A stretch of 64,000 nt of DNA from the human T2T-CHM13v2.0 reference genome, Homo sapiens (GCF_009914755.1 NC_060926.1); one strand, 5' to 3'; positions 14,985 through 34,338 are shown, counted from the stretch's first letter. Notes: generated by a model from the letters alone, not told the origin. Numbers and translations are program-made.

Positions 14985-16361
14985 CAGCAGTCTTCTGACT
15001 TTTAGTCTCAAGATGCTTGAAGACTTTAAAAATGGAGAACTCCAAAGATCATTCACTTATATAGATTATGGCATTTAGTATTTGCCACATTAGAAATTAA
15101 AACTAAGAAATATTTAAAACATGTACTTATTTAAAGCAACAATAATAAACCCATTAAATGTTAATATGAATGACATGTTTTAAAAAAAAAGAAACAGAAA
15201 AGAAAAAACAAAACAATGAAGAAATTTAGTAAGAAGAGTGGCTTTGTTTTCTATTTTTCCAACTTTCTTTAATGTTTGGTTTAGTACAAAACAACTGTAT
15301 CCCCACATCTGCTTCTACATTCAATCTTTTGCAATGTTATTTTAATTAAAAAAGCATGAAAAAAGTCTAGCCTCACACAAATATGTAATTGGAAATGAGA
15401 GGAATAATTTAATAATATTTTCGAATATTGGGGAAATTGTTTTTTGATACTAAATCAAAACTCGACAAGTAGGTATATCTTAAAGGTTAATTGCAATGTT
15501 GAATCTGCAACTCTAATAACCTTTCATACTCTGTTTTATTATAATCCAATGATCCATCTTATATTTTGAATGAATCTTTTACCCATGTATGATTTGATAT
15601 ACATTCATCACTTAAAAACATTAGTTAAGTAACTGTATTATAGAGATGTTCCAAAAGCTGACACATTTCACTATATAATGTCAAAAAATCACATTTTTCA
15701 ATGTCACCACCCATCACGTCAATAAAGCCTTTAATTATTGAGAAGCTGTTAAGTTCACAATGGCAGATACAAATTTTCCAAATTTCTAGTTACAACTTTC
15801 ACTTGAAAGTTCAAATTTTATCATTGACAATAAATACTACTGGCTGTGAAATGACAGGCTCATTTTATTAATTTTTGAGAAAATACCTCCAAAATCCTAA
15901 ATCTGAATAATCAGTTTGTCTGCAGTCATTCTTTGAAGAAAACTGGTGTTCCAGGTAAATCACAGATGTGCTTTTACTTGAGACAAACATCATAGCTTAG
16001 TAAGTGGCAGAAAAGCTTTATGTGTACTTCCCGATTCCTCACACAGAATAAATGAAGTGTACTCATGTGTCAGGTTCTAATAATTATGCAGCTTTCTTAA
16101 AAACATTTTTAAGGAAAGCTGGCAATTTTTTGAATGGTAGTGCATGGCAGTGAATAATTCAATGACTATTAGTACACTTTGGTACCACTGCCTTGATTTG
16201 TGATGAGGTGCCAGTGATTTCATACAGCACAGCTTTGTCAAAACTATGAAATAGGCGAACAACATACGAGTATTATTAGAGAAATAATTTTGACCTCTTG
16301 GACCCCATGAAAGGATCACAAGAGTACTCAGGGGTCCATAATCATGCTTGGAGAATGGCAG
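14985..16361 (-). mobile_element. Charlie1-type hAT DNA transposon fossil (~1.4 kb)
   Basis: Right end reverse-complement 'ggggtccaagaggtcaaaattattttc...taataatact' and left end 'attagaaattaaaactaagaaa' match Charlie1 termini as recalled. Confidence 0.8.
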
Positions 16362-16401
16362 TCTAAACTTTTTCTTTATTTCATGCTTCTAGAGAGGATA
16401 A

Positions 16402-16716
<315 letters not shown>

Positions 16717-16787
16717 TAGATTTATATGCTTAAATAGATTTATTTGCCTATGAGGACCACTTTGGGACAAGTTCTACTGAAGTACCT

Positions 16788-17030
16788 TTTGTTACTGAGG
16801 CAAAATTCACATAACAGAAAATTTACCACTTAAACCATTTTAAATGAGTACAATTCAGTGACTTTTAGTACATTCACAATGTTTCACAACTATCACTGTA
16901 TCTAATTCTATCACATTTTTGTCATTCCAAAAAGAAACCCCATACTCATTACGCAGTCACTCCCTATTCCTCCTTCCCACAGCCCCTTGCAACCATGAAT
17001 ATGCTTCTGTGGATTTGCCTATTCTAGATC
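16788..17030 (-). mobile_element. L1MB 3' end, left piece (host of the L1PA insertion)
   Basis: 'aaaattcacataaca...ccattttaaa...tacaattcagtg...gatttgcctattctaga'. Confidence 0.85.
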
Positions 17031-20226
<3,196 letters not shown>

Positions 20227-20618
20227 ACAACATAATGTTTCTAAGTTTTATCCATGTTGTAGCATAAATCAGTACTTATTACATTTTATGACTAAACAGT
20301 ATTCCATTGTATGGATATACCATATTTCGGTTATCCATTCATTTGTTGATGGGCATTTTGGTTCCTTCCCCCGTTGGTTGGGACAAATGATGTTGTTATG
20401 AACACTAGTGTACACGTTTTTGTTTGAACACCTGTTTTTAATTCTTTGAGTATATATCTAGGAGAAAACTTGCCAGATCACACCATAATTCTATATATAA
20501 CTTTTTGAGCACCTGCCAAACAGTTCTGCATGACGGCTTCCCCACTTTCCATTCTCATCAGCAATGTACAAGAGCTTTGCCTTTTTCACATCCTTTCCAA
20601 CATTTTTTTTCTTTTTTC

Positions 20619-20650
<32 letters not shown>

Positions 20651-21000
20651 GGTTATAGTTGTCCTAAAGGTGGGAAGTGGTATCTTATTGAGGTTTGGTT
20701 TGCATTTATTTAATGATTAATGATGTTGAGCATGTTTTCACATGCTTATTAGCCATTTGTATATCTTCTCTGGAGAAATGTGAGCTCTGATCCTTGGCCC
20801 ATTTTTCAATTGGGTCATTTATTTTGTTATTGTTGAGTGGGAAGAATTCTTTATATATTCTGGATACTGGACTCTTATCAGACATATGCTTTGCAAATAT
20901 TTCTTTCATTCTGTGAGGTATTTTTTAAACTTTATTGATAATGTCCTTTGTTGAAATAAAAAATAATAATTTTGGTAAAGTTCAATTTCTCTATTTTGAA
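20227..21000 (-). mobile_element. L1MB continuation, right piece
   Basis: 'cataatgttt...tccatgttgtagcat...tattccattgtatggatatacca'; ORF2-like '[18 protein letters not shown]'. Confidence 0.85.
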
Positions 21001-21429
21001 ATATTACATTTGCTAAATAAAATAATATTAATTTTGTCCAACAGAATATAAACAAAGATATTTAACTGATCAAAAAAATTGAAATTATCCATAGCAATGC
21101 ATATTACTGAAAAGTTCCCATATGAGTTATGTCTGAGCATGTTTATTTATATCAAATCTTCTTTCAATGCTGGCTAATTTAAACTTGACATTTGGCTGCT
21201 ATCATGCTTTAAATTAATTATTTGGATTAATAATAATTTACATAATGGAGACATTTCTATTATATGCGAAGTTTCCATTTCATTAAAAATAATATTTTTT
21301 TCTGTAAATACCCAATAAGCTTATTTTTTAAGCTAAATGCTTAGGTTTAAGACAAGATTTCTCTCTGAACCCCATTAACAATTTTTTTCAAAAATGCATT
21401 ACAAAGCTATTATTTTATGTTAAAGACTA

Positions 21430-21950
21430 CCTATGCCAGTGAGTAGTTGTTCCTCACTACCTCATCATAAAGCTAGTCATAAAATCTGAATTTTAGCTAG
21501 ACCCACAAACACTCAGAAGAAAGAAGATTTTCACAAACTCCGTTGCAGTTAAAGGTAGCTGTGTGAATAAGAAGTGGCCAAATAATATAAACTGTTCTTA
21601 GCAAATCATTCTTAATAGAAATTAAGAATCATTCTCAATAGAAAGCTACACATGTTCTTTATCCCTTCTTTCTCACTTTACCCCTCCTGTTGTCTAGAAT
21701 GCAGATGAGATATCTGGAGCTGGGGTAATATTATTCAATCATGGGGGGATATTGGAAATGCAGAAAGGACACAATATTGAAGGGAAATATAGAAAAAACA
21801 CAATATCAACTCCAACATTATGAGACGACTACACCAATCCTGTATCATCTACTTCCAGACATTTGTGTGAGACAGAAATACATAATATCTTGTTTAAGCC
21901 ACTATTATTTTGGATTTTTCTGCTGACTGCAAATGAATATAAAATACACT
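21430..21950 (+). mobile_element. Old MLT1 (J/K-like) LTR
   Basis: 'tagaatgcagatgaga..tctggagc' and 'cttgtttaagccactattattttggatttt'. Confidence 0.55.
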
Positions 21951-23005
21951 TCCATTTCTGGCTACCACTCAGCCCCATCCCACCATCAATAACAATTTAC
22001 TTATAAAGTTCCAAGCCAGTACAAGTTTTTTTTTTTTTTGGCCAGTACAAATTTAAACTCTGAAACAATTCTACTTGGAAAGTAAACTTTCCAGAGGTAC
22101 TTGTATTCCTGTGTACAATATTTTATTTCTGATAATTGAATGTTAATAACTATAAGAATGTAAATAGTGATCATTTTTTATCCTTCATTAACAAAAGTAA
22201 TCAACATGCAGTTGTTAATAAAATATAGTCTAACCTTAATTTTAGTTTTCCTAAGCTTCAATACCTATGAAACATTTTGTAATCAGAATATGTCTTCAGG
22301 AATTTGAATGGGACAAGATTTTCTCATAATGCTGGCAGATGGTTTTATATGATTAACTGCAGCAAATATAGCCTACTGGTTTGAAGGCTTACCAATGGAG
22401 AAATGGTCTCACAGGAAGCTTTTTGATAAGTGAAATATAGTCTCTATGATGTGACAATTTAGGAGAATACAAAAACTTTTCTTACAAATTCAGTCCTGAA
22501 GAAAAATGAAGAAAAGATTAGTAGTTACTATTCATAGACATAGCTCTAAAATGTGACAAATGCAAGCACATTTATCAGTCCTGTAAATAATTTTTTATAG
22601 TTCCATCTGTTTGTTCATTTACTTACCTATCAAAAGCAACAAAAATCAGTTATATTCCTAAGGACTAAGAAGGAATAAGAAATATTCCTTTGAAATAAGG
22701 AAGTTCTAATATCAGTTATGATGTAGAAAACAGGATAAAAGTTAATCAAGAAAATTTATAGTAGAGTTTTTTATTATAAGGAAATATTATACTTCTTCAT
22801 CTCTGAATATAGTATCGCTATTACTAAGAGCCTTAAATATGAATTTTAGAAGCAATAATGCTACTTATGCTTTTATAATCCAGAACAGAAACTTAAACTT
22901 TTGGAAGAAGAATCTTACTTATATGTTTCTAGTAGTAATGCTATGTAGTAAGTATTAGTACACTTAGAAGCTTGTGATCAGACTTTATTTAGAAATGCCA
23001 CTGTT

Positions 23006-24476
<1,471 letters not shown>

Positions 24477-25094
24477 GAAATGCCACTGTTACAGATGTCA
24501 ATGCTTAGATTCCCCCAGACTCCAACTATGCTTCTTCAGTGCTGTGGTAACTCAGCAGAATAGCTGTCTCAATTGAGTAAGCTCTTTAAAGGTAAAGAAT
24601 CATTAACATTTCCAGTTTCAAGTTGTTAACTTGCCAAATTTTATTTACAACTAATATTTGAATGGTGTGATATACGGTAGATATGCATGAGAGTTTTAGT
24701 TTCTACTTGCAAACTTCCATTAGTAATATGACCTTGAATAAATTATATTCCATCCACGGTCTTTAGTTTTCTTACTGATAGACGAGGTGATTTGAGTTGA
24801 ATTCTAGGGTCACTTCCAGGTAGAAAATGCTTTGAAATCATAAGGCTATAACCTAGAACATTCTCCAAATTAAAGATAAGACACTAATTGAGACAACGTA
24901 AATGTGAGACAGAGACACTAATTGCAGAAGAGATAGGACTACAAGATGTGATGTGTTTATTGCTTTTATCTGGGGTCAATTTAGCATATTATTTTTTGCA
25001 GTTTTCAAATAATTTATTTCAAAATGTAGAGATGATAGAGATAGCTTTAATGCTTCATAGTTAATATTTGTATTTGTACTTCACTATTGTCTGT

Positions 25095-25805
25095 TTTAAA
25101 ATATTATTGTGGTAAAAACACTTAACATGAGATCTACTCACTAAATTTTTATGTGTATAATAGAAGTTTTGTTAACTGTAGACACATGTTAACCATAAAC
25201 ACAGATCTCTAGAACTTATTGATCTTTCACAAGGAAGAATCTTTGAATCTTTGTGCCTGTCGATTAGCAATTTCCTGTTTCCCTTCCTCTCCGGCCCCTG
25301 ATAACCACCATTCTAGTCCTGATTCTATGAGTTTGATGACTTCAGAAACTTCATATAAGTGGAATCATACAGTATTTGCCTTCTGTGACTGGCTTATTTT
25401 GCTTAGCATAATGTCTTTACTCATGTTCATTCATGTTCTTGCATATGGTAGAATTTCATTAATTTTTAAGGTTAATTGAATAGCATTGACTTGTGTTTAC
25501 ATACCACATTCTCTTTATTTGTTCATCTATGATGAACATTTAGGTTCTTCCCACAATTTGATGATTGTGAATACTACTGCAATAAATGCTGGGATACTAA
25601 TATCTTTTGAGATATTTGACTTTTACAGAAATAGAAAAGACAATTTTAAAAATCATATGGAAACACACAAGAAAACTTCAAATAGCCAAAATACTCTTGG
25701 GAAAGGATAAAGGTATAGGCATCATAATATTTTCTTATTTAAAAACATATTACAAAACAACAGTAATGAAAACAGTGCAATATTGGCATAAAGAAAAACA
25801 TACAT
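25095..25805 (-). mobile_element. L1MA-type fragment: minus-strand 3' end (~25095-25618) plus plus-strand ORF2 piece (~25620-25805)
   Basis: 'cttaacatgagatctac' and 'aagtggaatcatacagtatttg'; ORF2-like 'FTEIEKTILKIIWK...YYKTTVMKTVQYWHK'. Confidence 0.8.
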
Positions 25806-26289
25806 TACTGTTCAGATTATAATATCTAATTCTAAAAATAAATGTTTATATTTTCATGTGTATGATTCACTTAGTTTATAAGAAAAATCAGGTAAATTTG
25901 AAATACATCCATTTAGAATGGCAAAAAAAAAACTGTTAGCAGAACTTCCTCTCAAATAAGTGTTAGACCTTTTCTACTTTTTTGACTAGAGAATTCTGAA
26001 ATGTTTTGGGGTTTAAAAGGTGATGGTTGATCATAAAGATGGGGGAACCACGAGGGGATGTGCCTGCCAAACATTTCTAATATCTACACCTGAGCAATTA
26101 GAAGATCTCTGTCATTCTTCAGCAAAATGTAGCTTATGAGCAGCCATTTTAAGTTTATTTTTCCAGTGAAAACTATCCTATAAAATAAAGACACTGGTTC
26201 TTCTATTCTAATTTCTATGTACTTTGAATGTTCAATTAAAACACAATATGATCTTACTGTAATTAAGATATAGTCACTATCATTTTCTC

Positions 26290-28688
26290 TAACACTATTG
26301 TTTTCATATTCTTGGTGATTTCACTATCCAAGTTCCTTGACCTCTATGCTTTCAATAATGTTGCTTTCACCCCACTTAAGCCACATATTTATACAGATCT
26401 GCTCTAAACTGTACCCCTTCACAATCTTAATTTTAAACATTACTCTCTTAACTACCACCCATCTCCCGCAAGTGTTTCTTCATTCCATCTAGTATAAAAT
26501 GTTTAGTATTTCTTTTACCCACTAGGACTTACTGACTTTTGTTTTTTTTATAGTTTACTATTCCCATTATGTTCTAGCCTCCTTCATGCAGCTTAGATTC
26601 TATGGTCCATCTTTGTAATCACATCTTTGTAATCACATCCTCAATTATCTTGCCCACCCTGATTAAACCCAGTCCCATACTTCCTCTGCAGCTGAATTCA
26701 TGCAGGTACAAGTGGCTGGGAAGAAACACACAATCATGCTGGCTACTCTTAAATTCAAAATGATTAACCTCAAGAAGGTTCTTCATGCTGCCAAGGAATG
26801 ATGGTATATTTTTCTAAAATATTCTTTGGCTTTCCTTGTAACTATTTCATGGCTTCTCCACTTTCCTCAATCTTTAACACCTCCACCTCCAGACAATGAT
26901 CTGGCTTCCATTTCACTGAAATAGCTGAAGCAATTAGAAAATAACTGTCACAAGTTTCCTTCACCATGCCTACACAGCAACATGCATCTGTACCAAAATG
27001 GTCCTCTTTCTCTCTACATATCTTTAAATGACCTCCACTCATACCCTAGATCCCTTAATCCTCCACCTTCTCAAGAGCATCATTCCAGGAATCCTCTTCT
27101 CTTTAAGGCATTGTCAGATTTCCCCATCTCTTCTGGGCCATCCCCCATTAGCACACAAATGTGTAGTAACATAATTCATCTTATAAATAACTTCATGTTA
27201 CTATTCATCACTTTCACTCTGTTCATCTTTATGGTTAAACTCATCAAAAAGTTTATTGTGCTCTTTGATTCTTTTTTTTTTTCTGTTGAATGCAATCCAG
27301 TTGGACTTTAGTCACAATTACTTCACTTAAACAACCTTGTCAAGGTCCTCCTTCTCAGATCTCCTCTTTCTTAACATAGCCATAGTATATGATGACCCAG
27401 TTCATCACTTACTCCTCATCAAAATCTTTTCTTCAGTTAGCTTCCATGCTCTTTCTGTTGATTCTACTTCTATATCACAAACCATAACTTCTAGTCTCCT
27501 TCATTGGTTTCTTTCTATAACCCCTTTTTCTTAATATTGGAATGCTCAGCATTTTGCCTCTTATTAATATTTTTTTAAGCTACACTCACCCTGGGTGTTA
27601 GCTTTAAATACAAACATCTATATGCTGATTCATTCCAAATTAATAATCAACCTAGAGTTCTCACCTGAACTCAAGATTCATATATTCAACTACCTACTCA
27701 ATATTCACCTGGATATTTAATAAGCATATGTTCAAAGCATAGCTCTGGATTATCTAACTTTAAATTTTTCTCCTGTGGGAGTATTTTCCAAGTCACCAAA
27801 TGGCAACGCCATCATTCCAATTGCCCATCTGAAAGACTTGAAATCATTCTTGATTCCTCTCTTTCTCACACACTACATATCTAATTCATCAATAAATCCT
27901 GTTGGCTCCGTCTTCAAAATAAATCCAGAAACTAACAACTTGTCAACATTACACCTATCATTACCTTAGTTCAAGCTATCACACATCTTACACAGGTTGT
28001 CTCATTAACCTTCAAGTTGATCTCCCTTTTCCCATACTTGCCTTCTTGAAAGCTATCGTCAACACAATAGACAGGAAAATCCATTTTATAATATATTACA
28101 TTATAACCCCCCCCCCCCCCAGTGATTTCCCACCTCATTTGGAGTAAAATCTAAAACATTTACAATGGCCTACAAGTTCTGCATGAGTCGTATCCTCTCT
28201 TTATTCTCTGATTGTTGGAGATCTCTGTGGTATTTTCTGCTACCACTCCTCTTTGCCCAGTCTATCTGAGTTACATCGGCTTCTCTGCTGGTTATGGACA
28301 CACCAAGCAGGTTTCTACCACAGGGTCTCTATATTCCCTGTTTCCTCTTAAATGACTACTTTCCTAGCTACCTTATATAAAATAACAATATATTCTCCAG
28401 AAGCCCCATCCCCCTAACCATTTTTCTTTGCAGTACTTATTTATTTTTTATTTATTTATTTCTTTGTAGTACTTATTTATTTTTCTTTGTAGTACTTTTA
28501 TCATCTTTGTAGTACTTTTATTATCACTTTTGTAAATGACACATTTATTTATTTTTCTATTTGTCACTTTTAAATGTAAGTTCCATGATTGGAAGAATAT
28601 TTGTTCGTTCAATTCTCTATCTCTTACACCTAAACAATGCCTGGTACATAGCAGTAGCTCAATGAGTATCAGTTGAGTAAATGAATAA
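26290..28688 (+). mobile_element. Long L2 (L2a-like) LINE fragment, ~2.4 kb
   Basis: Pyrimidine-rich L2 body and canonical 3' end 'aatgcctggtacatagcagtagctcaat...gttgagtaaatgaat'. Confidence 0.8.
28427..28530. repeat. Imperfect local tandem repeat, core CTTTGTAGTACTT x3-4 with TTTA runs
   Basis: Seen directly in the sequence. Confidence 0.75.
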
Positions 28689-29009
28689 TTTTATGTAATT
28701 CAAAAAGGAAATCTCATCCAAAGAAAGCTTGTTATTATTTAAAAGCACAGAATCTCAAAGCATCAGATCTGGACAGAACCTTAGAGACTATCTAACAAAA
28801 ATGAAATATGTTTATCGTGTTTTGTGGTAACCCCTTATGGGCCTTGGAGCTTGAGTAAGGACTAGGGAAATGTAACTGCCCATTACCATCCTGTCCGACT
28901 CCCATCCAAAGCAGCCCTAATTTTATTTGCTTTATATTTTAGTCTTAGACGTAGTGTTTTCATAAATATTTTGAAGAAAGTTCCAAAACCTAAAAACTAT
29001 GGAACTGAT

Positions 29010-29135
29010 GTAAATCTTCATTCACAGATGAGGAGATTGAGTCCTGGAAAATAAAGTAAGCTAACCCAGGGCACACCGCCAGAAGATGAGAAAACCAGGG
29101 CTGGAACTCATGATTCCGCTTTCCTATGCATGTTC
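29010..29135 (-). mobile_element. MIR fragment
   Basis: Core-like 'ttcacagatgaggagattgag...ccagggctggaactca'. Confidence 0.6.
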
Positions 29136-30539
29136 TCTCCACTCCAGGCCAAGGTTTCTCCCTAGAAAGCTGTCTGTTAATGGCATAATGCTTTAAGATT
29201 TGTGTTGTCCTTTCCAAAGATTCAATTACATTTCTGATTGAATAACTATCATATTCTCATTCTTTATAAAATGTTTTCAATTTTACATTCAATAGTATTC
29301 TGTCAAATTGCTGAAAATAATACACAGAGTCAAAGTTTGCATAATTTTGCATGAAGAAAACTAATCTATATTCACATGACTAGAGCACTACAGAAGGCTT
29401 GATTACAATGTGCTACATTTAAGTAGTTCCCTAAATAGATTATATAATCTAAATGTTCTACACACTATTTCTCAATTTCTCTTCATGCTTCCATGGACAG
29501 ACTCTTCAGTACACCACCCAGAAAGCAGAATTTGTTTGTGATTGGAAGAAATGAGAAGGAAAATGTATGACCCATGTGCATTCTCGTGAGCTAACACAGT
29601 TCCTGTGTTTCTCTGCCAGGTTTAGATTAACCACTGATTTGATGCACCAACTGGCCCATTTCTTGTAAATGGGTTTTCTTCTATTCAGCGTTTAGTAAGC
29701 CCCTTGTCAATGAGATAACTCTCTAGGCTGAATAAAAGTCCCCTTAGGCCTTGACAGCCTTAGAGGATTATTTGTTCACCAGTGATTTTTAGAGCCCTCT
29801 GACAACTCCATTTTGATATCTTTTCAAAGAAAGTATATTACCAAAGACTCCAAACATTTAAGCATTTGCACTTTTAAAGTCTTAATGCTCAGAGAAAAAT
29901 GAGAATCCTACCAGGATTTTTGATGGCTATTTAGAAGATGGGATACCTAATCCATTCCCTCATTTATTACAAAGAAAGCAAATTCAAGGCAGAAGTAATT
30001 CGCTTGATCAAAAAACATTTTCAGCCCCAATGGGCTGCCTGTGGTTCCCATAATCGGTCCTAAAAAAACAAAAAGAGTCTGAGGGCAAAGAGTTGTCCCA
30101 GCGTGGACTCCACGCACCAACTATGTTTTCAGGATTCTATTTGTTGATGTTAAATGTCAAAAACTAAAAAAAGATTATGTCTATAGTTGACTATTATAGA
30201 CCATAAAATATTAACAAAAACACAGATATATAATGGGTATTTACTTACAATACAATAGAATTTGCCTTCTTCCTTTAAATAGTCAGTGATCGTTCTTACT
30301 TAAAATTACTTGATATATAAATTCAGTATAGTCAGACCTTGAAATCTATCTTTGTCATTAATTAGCAGTATGACTTTGATCTTGGCCTTATAGGTATATG
30401 AAGATTAAGTAGGATAATATATTAACAGTACCTAGTAGAGTGCATAGAGCATAATGCTTGTTAAGCAATGTTAATTTTGTTGCTTCCTCCTTTCTCCCTT
30501 TTCAGGTTTATACAACCTTGCTACATACAACATCAAAAT

Positions 30540-30830
30540 TTCATTCAGACATTTATTTTTTAAAAACATTTATTGAGTACACATTATATACCAGTTTCTC
30601 TGCAAGGCCTTGGGCATAGAGCTGTATACAAACCCAATGAAGTCCCTGTTCTCATGGCATTTACACTTTAGTGGGAGACAAGAGTTGTGTTTTACCTTCA
30701 GTGTATTGGTCAGGAAAGTCTTCTCTAATGAGGTAAAGCTACGAGTCATGTGAAATTCTGGAAAGGAGCTTTCCAAAGAGAATGGCTAATGCATAGGCCT
30801 GAAGAGCACACTGGAGCATCAGAACTTAAT
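30540..30830 (-). mobile_element. L2 3' end
   Basis: 'acatttattgagtac...gtccctgttctcatggcatttacactttagtggg'. Confidence 0.7.
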
Positions 30831-31678
30831 ACTAAGTAGGGTAGTGTATTAGCCAGGGCCCCCTAGAGGGACAGAACTAATAAGATAGGTAGATTACATA
30901 AAGGAGAGTTTATTAAGTAGTATTAACTCACACAATTACAAGGTCTCACAATACGTCATCTGCAAGCTGAGGAGCAAGGAAGCCAGCCCAAGTCCCAAAG
31001 CTGAAGAAGTTGGGGTCCAGTGTTTAAGGGCAGGAATCATCCAGCACGGTAGAAAGATGTAAGCTAGGAGGCCAGGACAGTCCAGCCTTTTTACGTTTTT
31101 CTGCCTGCTTTATATCCTGGCCACATTGGCAACTGATTCAATGGTGCCCACCCAGATTAAGGGTGGGTCTGCCTTTCCCAGCCTACTTACTCAAATGTTA
31201 ATTTCCTTTGGCAACACTCTCACAGACACACCCAGGATCAATACTTTGCATCCTTCAATCCAATCAAGTTGACAGTCAGTATTAACTATCACAAGTCCAC
31301 CCCTTGTCAACTTGAACCCATACACATCTCCTGAGATCATACATGATCTTCAAATAAAGACAGTAATAAGGTCGTAATTACACCTAACATAATACAACTA
31401 TCCTTTATACAACTAGAAATGCACCAATCCCCCAACCCAAATGCAATTACATAAAGTTAACAATACTTCAATGCTGATGTGAAGTCAATAAATCTTACGT
31501 CACATGATAAAGGAAAAAGGAAATAAAATGAAGATATTTTCTTAGTACAAGTGTATACGTGCACAAACATGTTTTTAACAAAAGAAAGGGAAAATACTCA
31601 TGACAATTACAGTCCTCATTTCTGCAACTGGCAACATAGTCGTAGCTGGTATTGATGACTACCTCCTTCTACTACCAA

Positions 31679-32160
31679 TTATGTACTCCCTTTGCCTTGT
31701 GGTTTTTTTCCTGGTGGAGTGACCAAAACCTTCATTCCTGAAGGGTCTGGGCCATTTGTCTTCCTGCGTGGATTGGGCTGTGGAACTTTCCCACTGACCT
31801 TAATCACAGGGCATGGTAATACTAAGAGATGCCCTAATGGATATCCTGTATTCCACACATATTCTTCCTTACCTCCACTGTGGCATAGTAGACTGATTTC
31901 ATCTTGACAGTCTGGGTCAATCTCCCCAGCCAACATTGTAAGTCTCTTCTTAGCCTGTTGACTTAAAGGTAGGAGAAGCCCAGTGTCCGGGTGGCAATCT
32001 TAACTTCCAGTTTAATGGAATCATTGTTGTGTCTCCTGGTGGCAGTGTTCCTCCCTCTGAAACTAAGACCTCTAGGCCAGCAGAACATAATGTCAAGGGA
32101 ACAGTATGCAAAAATTTTGCGGGAGGATCATTAGGGGCAATGGTGAGTGGTGCCACTTCC
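31679..32160 (-). pseudogene. HERV-L dUTPase remnant
   Basis: 'GGTLPPGDTTMIPLNWKLRLPPGH' and 'LAGEIDPDCQDEISLL' (motif-3-like); frameshifted. Confidence 0.88.
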
Positions 32161-32199
32161 ACTTCCATGTGTTTTGATTCCTGGACCTGTGAATCCTGG

Positions 32200-33950
32200 C
32201 TATGGGAAAAACAGTACCACATATTGCATGCTGATTCAGAGCATACATGGCCTTCTGGAGAACTTTGCCCCAGCCCTGCAAACTATTGCCTAGTTGGCAT
32301 TGTAATCATGACTTCAAAAGGCCATTCTACTGTTCTATCAATCCAGCTGCTTCAGGATGATGGGGAACATGGTAAGACCAGTGAATTCTATGAGCATGAG
32401 TCCACTGCGGCCATTGTTTAGCAATAAAGTGAGTGCCTTGGTCAGAGGCAATGCTGTGTGGAATAGTATGATGGTAGATAAGGCATTCCATGAGTCCACA
32501 AACAGTAGTCTTGGCAGAAGCACTGCATGCAGGATAAGCAAACTCATATCTGAAGTAAGTGTCTATTTCAGTGAGGACAAACCTCTGCACTTTCCATGAT
32601 GGAAGAGGACCAATATAATCAACCTGCCACAAGGTAGCTTGCTGATCACCCCAAGGAATGGTGCCATATCAAGGGCTCATTGTTGATCTCTGCTGTTGGG
32701 TACTCAGCAGTGGCTGTAGCCAGGTCAGCCTTAGTGAGTGGAAGTCCATGTTGCTTAGCCCATGCATAACCTCCATCCCTGCCACCATGGCCAATTTGTT
32801 CATGGGCCCATTGGGCAATGATAGGGGTGGCTGGGGAAAGAGGCTGAGTGGTGTCCACAGAATGGGTCATCCTATCCACTTGATTATTAAAATCTTCCTC
32901 TGCTGAGGTCACTCATTGGTGAGCACTCACATGGGATACAAATATCTTCACAGTTTTTGACCCATCAGAGAGGTCCACCCACATACCTCTTCCCCAAATT
33001 TCTTAGTCACCAATTTTCTAATCATGCTTCTTCCAAGTCCCTGATCATCCAGCCAAACCATTGGCTACAGCCCATGAATCAGTATATGATCACACATCTG
33101 GCCATTTCTCCTTACATGCAAAGTGCACAACCAGGTGCACTGCTCAAAGTTCTGCCCACTGGGAAGATTTCCCTTCACCACTGTCCTTCAGGGATGTCCT
33201 AGAAAGAGACTATAGTGCTGCAGCTATCCAATTTAGGGTGGTGCCTGCATATTGTGCAGAACCATCTGTGAACCAGGCCCTAGTCTCTCTTCCTCTGTCA
33301 ACTGATCATGGGGAACTCCCCCTGAGGCCAACGGTGCAGGCTCGGGAAGAGAAAGCAGGGTGGCAGGCGTGGAGACAATGGGCATTTGAGCCACTTCCTC
33401 ATGTAACTCACTTGTGCCTTTGGGACCTGCTCAAGTCCAATCACTTATATACCACTTCTAGTTAATGATGGAATGCTGCTATGCATGACCCATTTTATGG
33501 CTAGATGGGTCAGAAAGCACCCAGTTCATGATAGGCAATTCAGGTCGCATGGTGACTTGATGAACCATAGTCAAACGTTCAGTTTCCACCAAAGCCCAGT
33601 AACAGACCAAGAGCTGTCTCTCAAACCTCTGAGACAGGACAGTAAAGATATATTGCTGGCCTTGCCAGCTGAAGAGAAATTGCTTCTGCTGGGCCTTATG
33701 GACAGGAATGGAGAAAAAGGCATTGGCCAAGTCAATGGCTGCCTATCAGGTACCAGGAGATGTGTTAATTTTCTTAAGCAATGAAACCACATCTGGTACA
33801 GCAGCTGCAATTGTAGTCACCACTTGGTTAAGCTTACGATAATCCACTGTCATTCTCCAAGATCCATCTGTCTTCTGCATAGGCTAAATAGGAGAGTTGA
33901 ATGGGGATGTGGTGGGAATCACCACCCCTGCGTCTTTCAAGTCCTTGATG
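32200..33950 (-). pseudogene. HERV-L pol remnant (truncated RT, RNase H, integrase)
   Basis: 'ANAFFSIPVHK', 'AQWAHEQIGHGG' (IN zinc finger) and 'WQVDYIGPLPS...SDQGTHF' (IN core). Confidence 0.92.
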
Positions 33951-34338
33951 GCGGCACTAATCTCCACAATCCCTCCAGGGATGCAATATTGATTATTTTT
34001 CTAGGTAGAAGCATCTCTAATGGCTTCCATTTGGCCTTTCCCACCACAGTAGCCCTCACTCTACCAGTCAGGGACCCAATGTGGGGGTTCTGCCAGCTGC
34101 TAAGTATGTCTATGCCAACTATACATTCTGGCACTGGAGAAATGACCAGAGGATGAGTCTGGGGATCCACTGTAGGTTGGACCTGAGCTAAAACTCCTTT
34201 AATTACCTGACCTCCATAAGCCCCAACTTTAACTGGAGGACCACAATGATGTTTTGGGTCCTCTGGAATCAACGTCAGCTCAGAGACAATGTCCAGTAGT
34301 CCCCCAAATGTCTGATCATTTCCCTTTCCCCATTGCAC
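33937..34338 (-). pseudogene. HERV-L protease remnant, active-site motif mutated
   Basis: 'GLLDIVSELTLIP' (degenerate DTG) and 'CIVGIDIL'. Confidence 0.85.

Noticed and set aside
26608-26640. 14-bp tandem duplication CATCTTTGTAATCA
   Set aside because: Ordinary slippage event with no functional indication
28427-28530. Repeat-spacer-like pattern resembling CRISPR
   Set aside because: Short slippage duplications in a eukaryotic L2; low-complexity spacers and no cas genes
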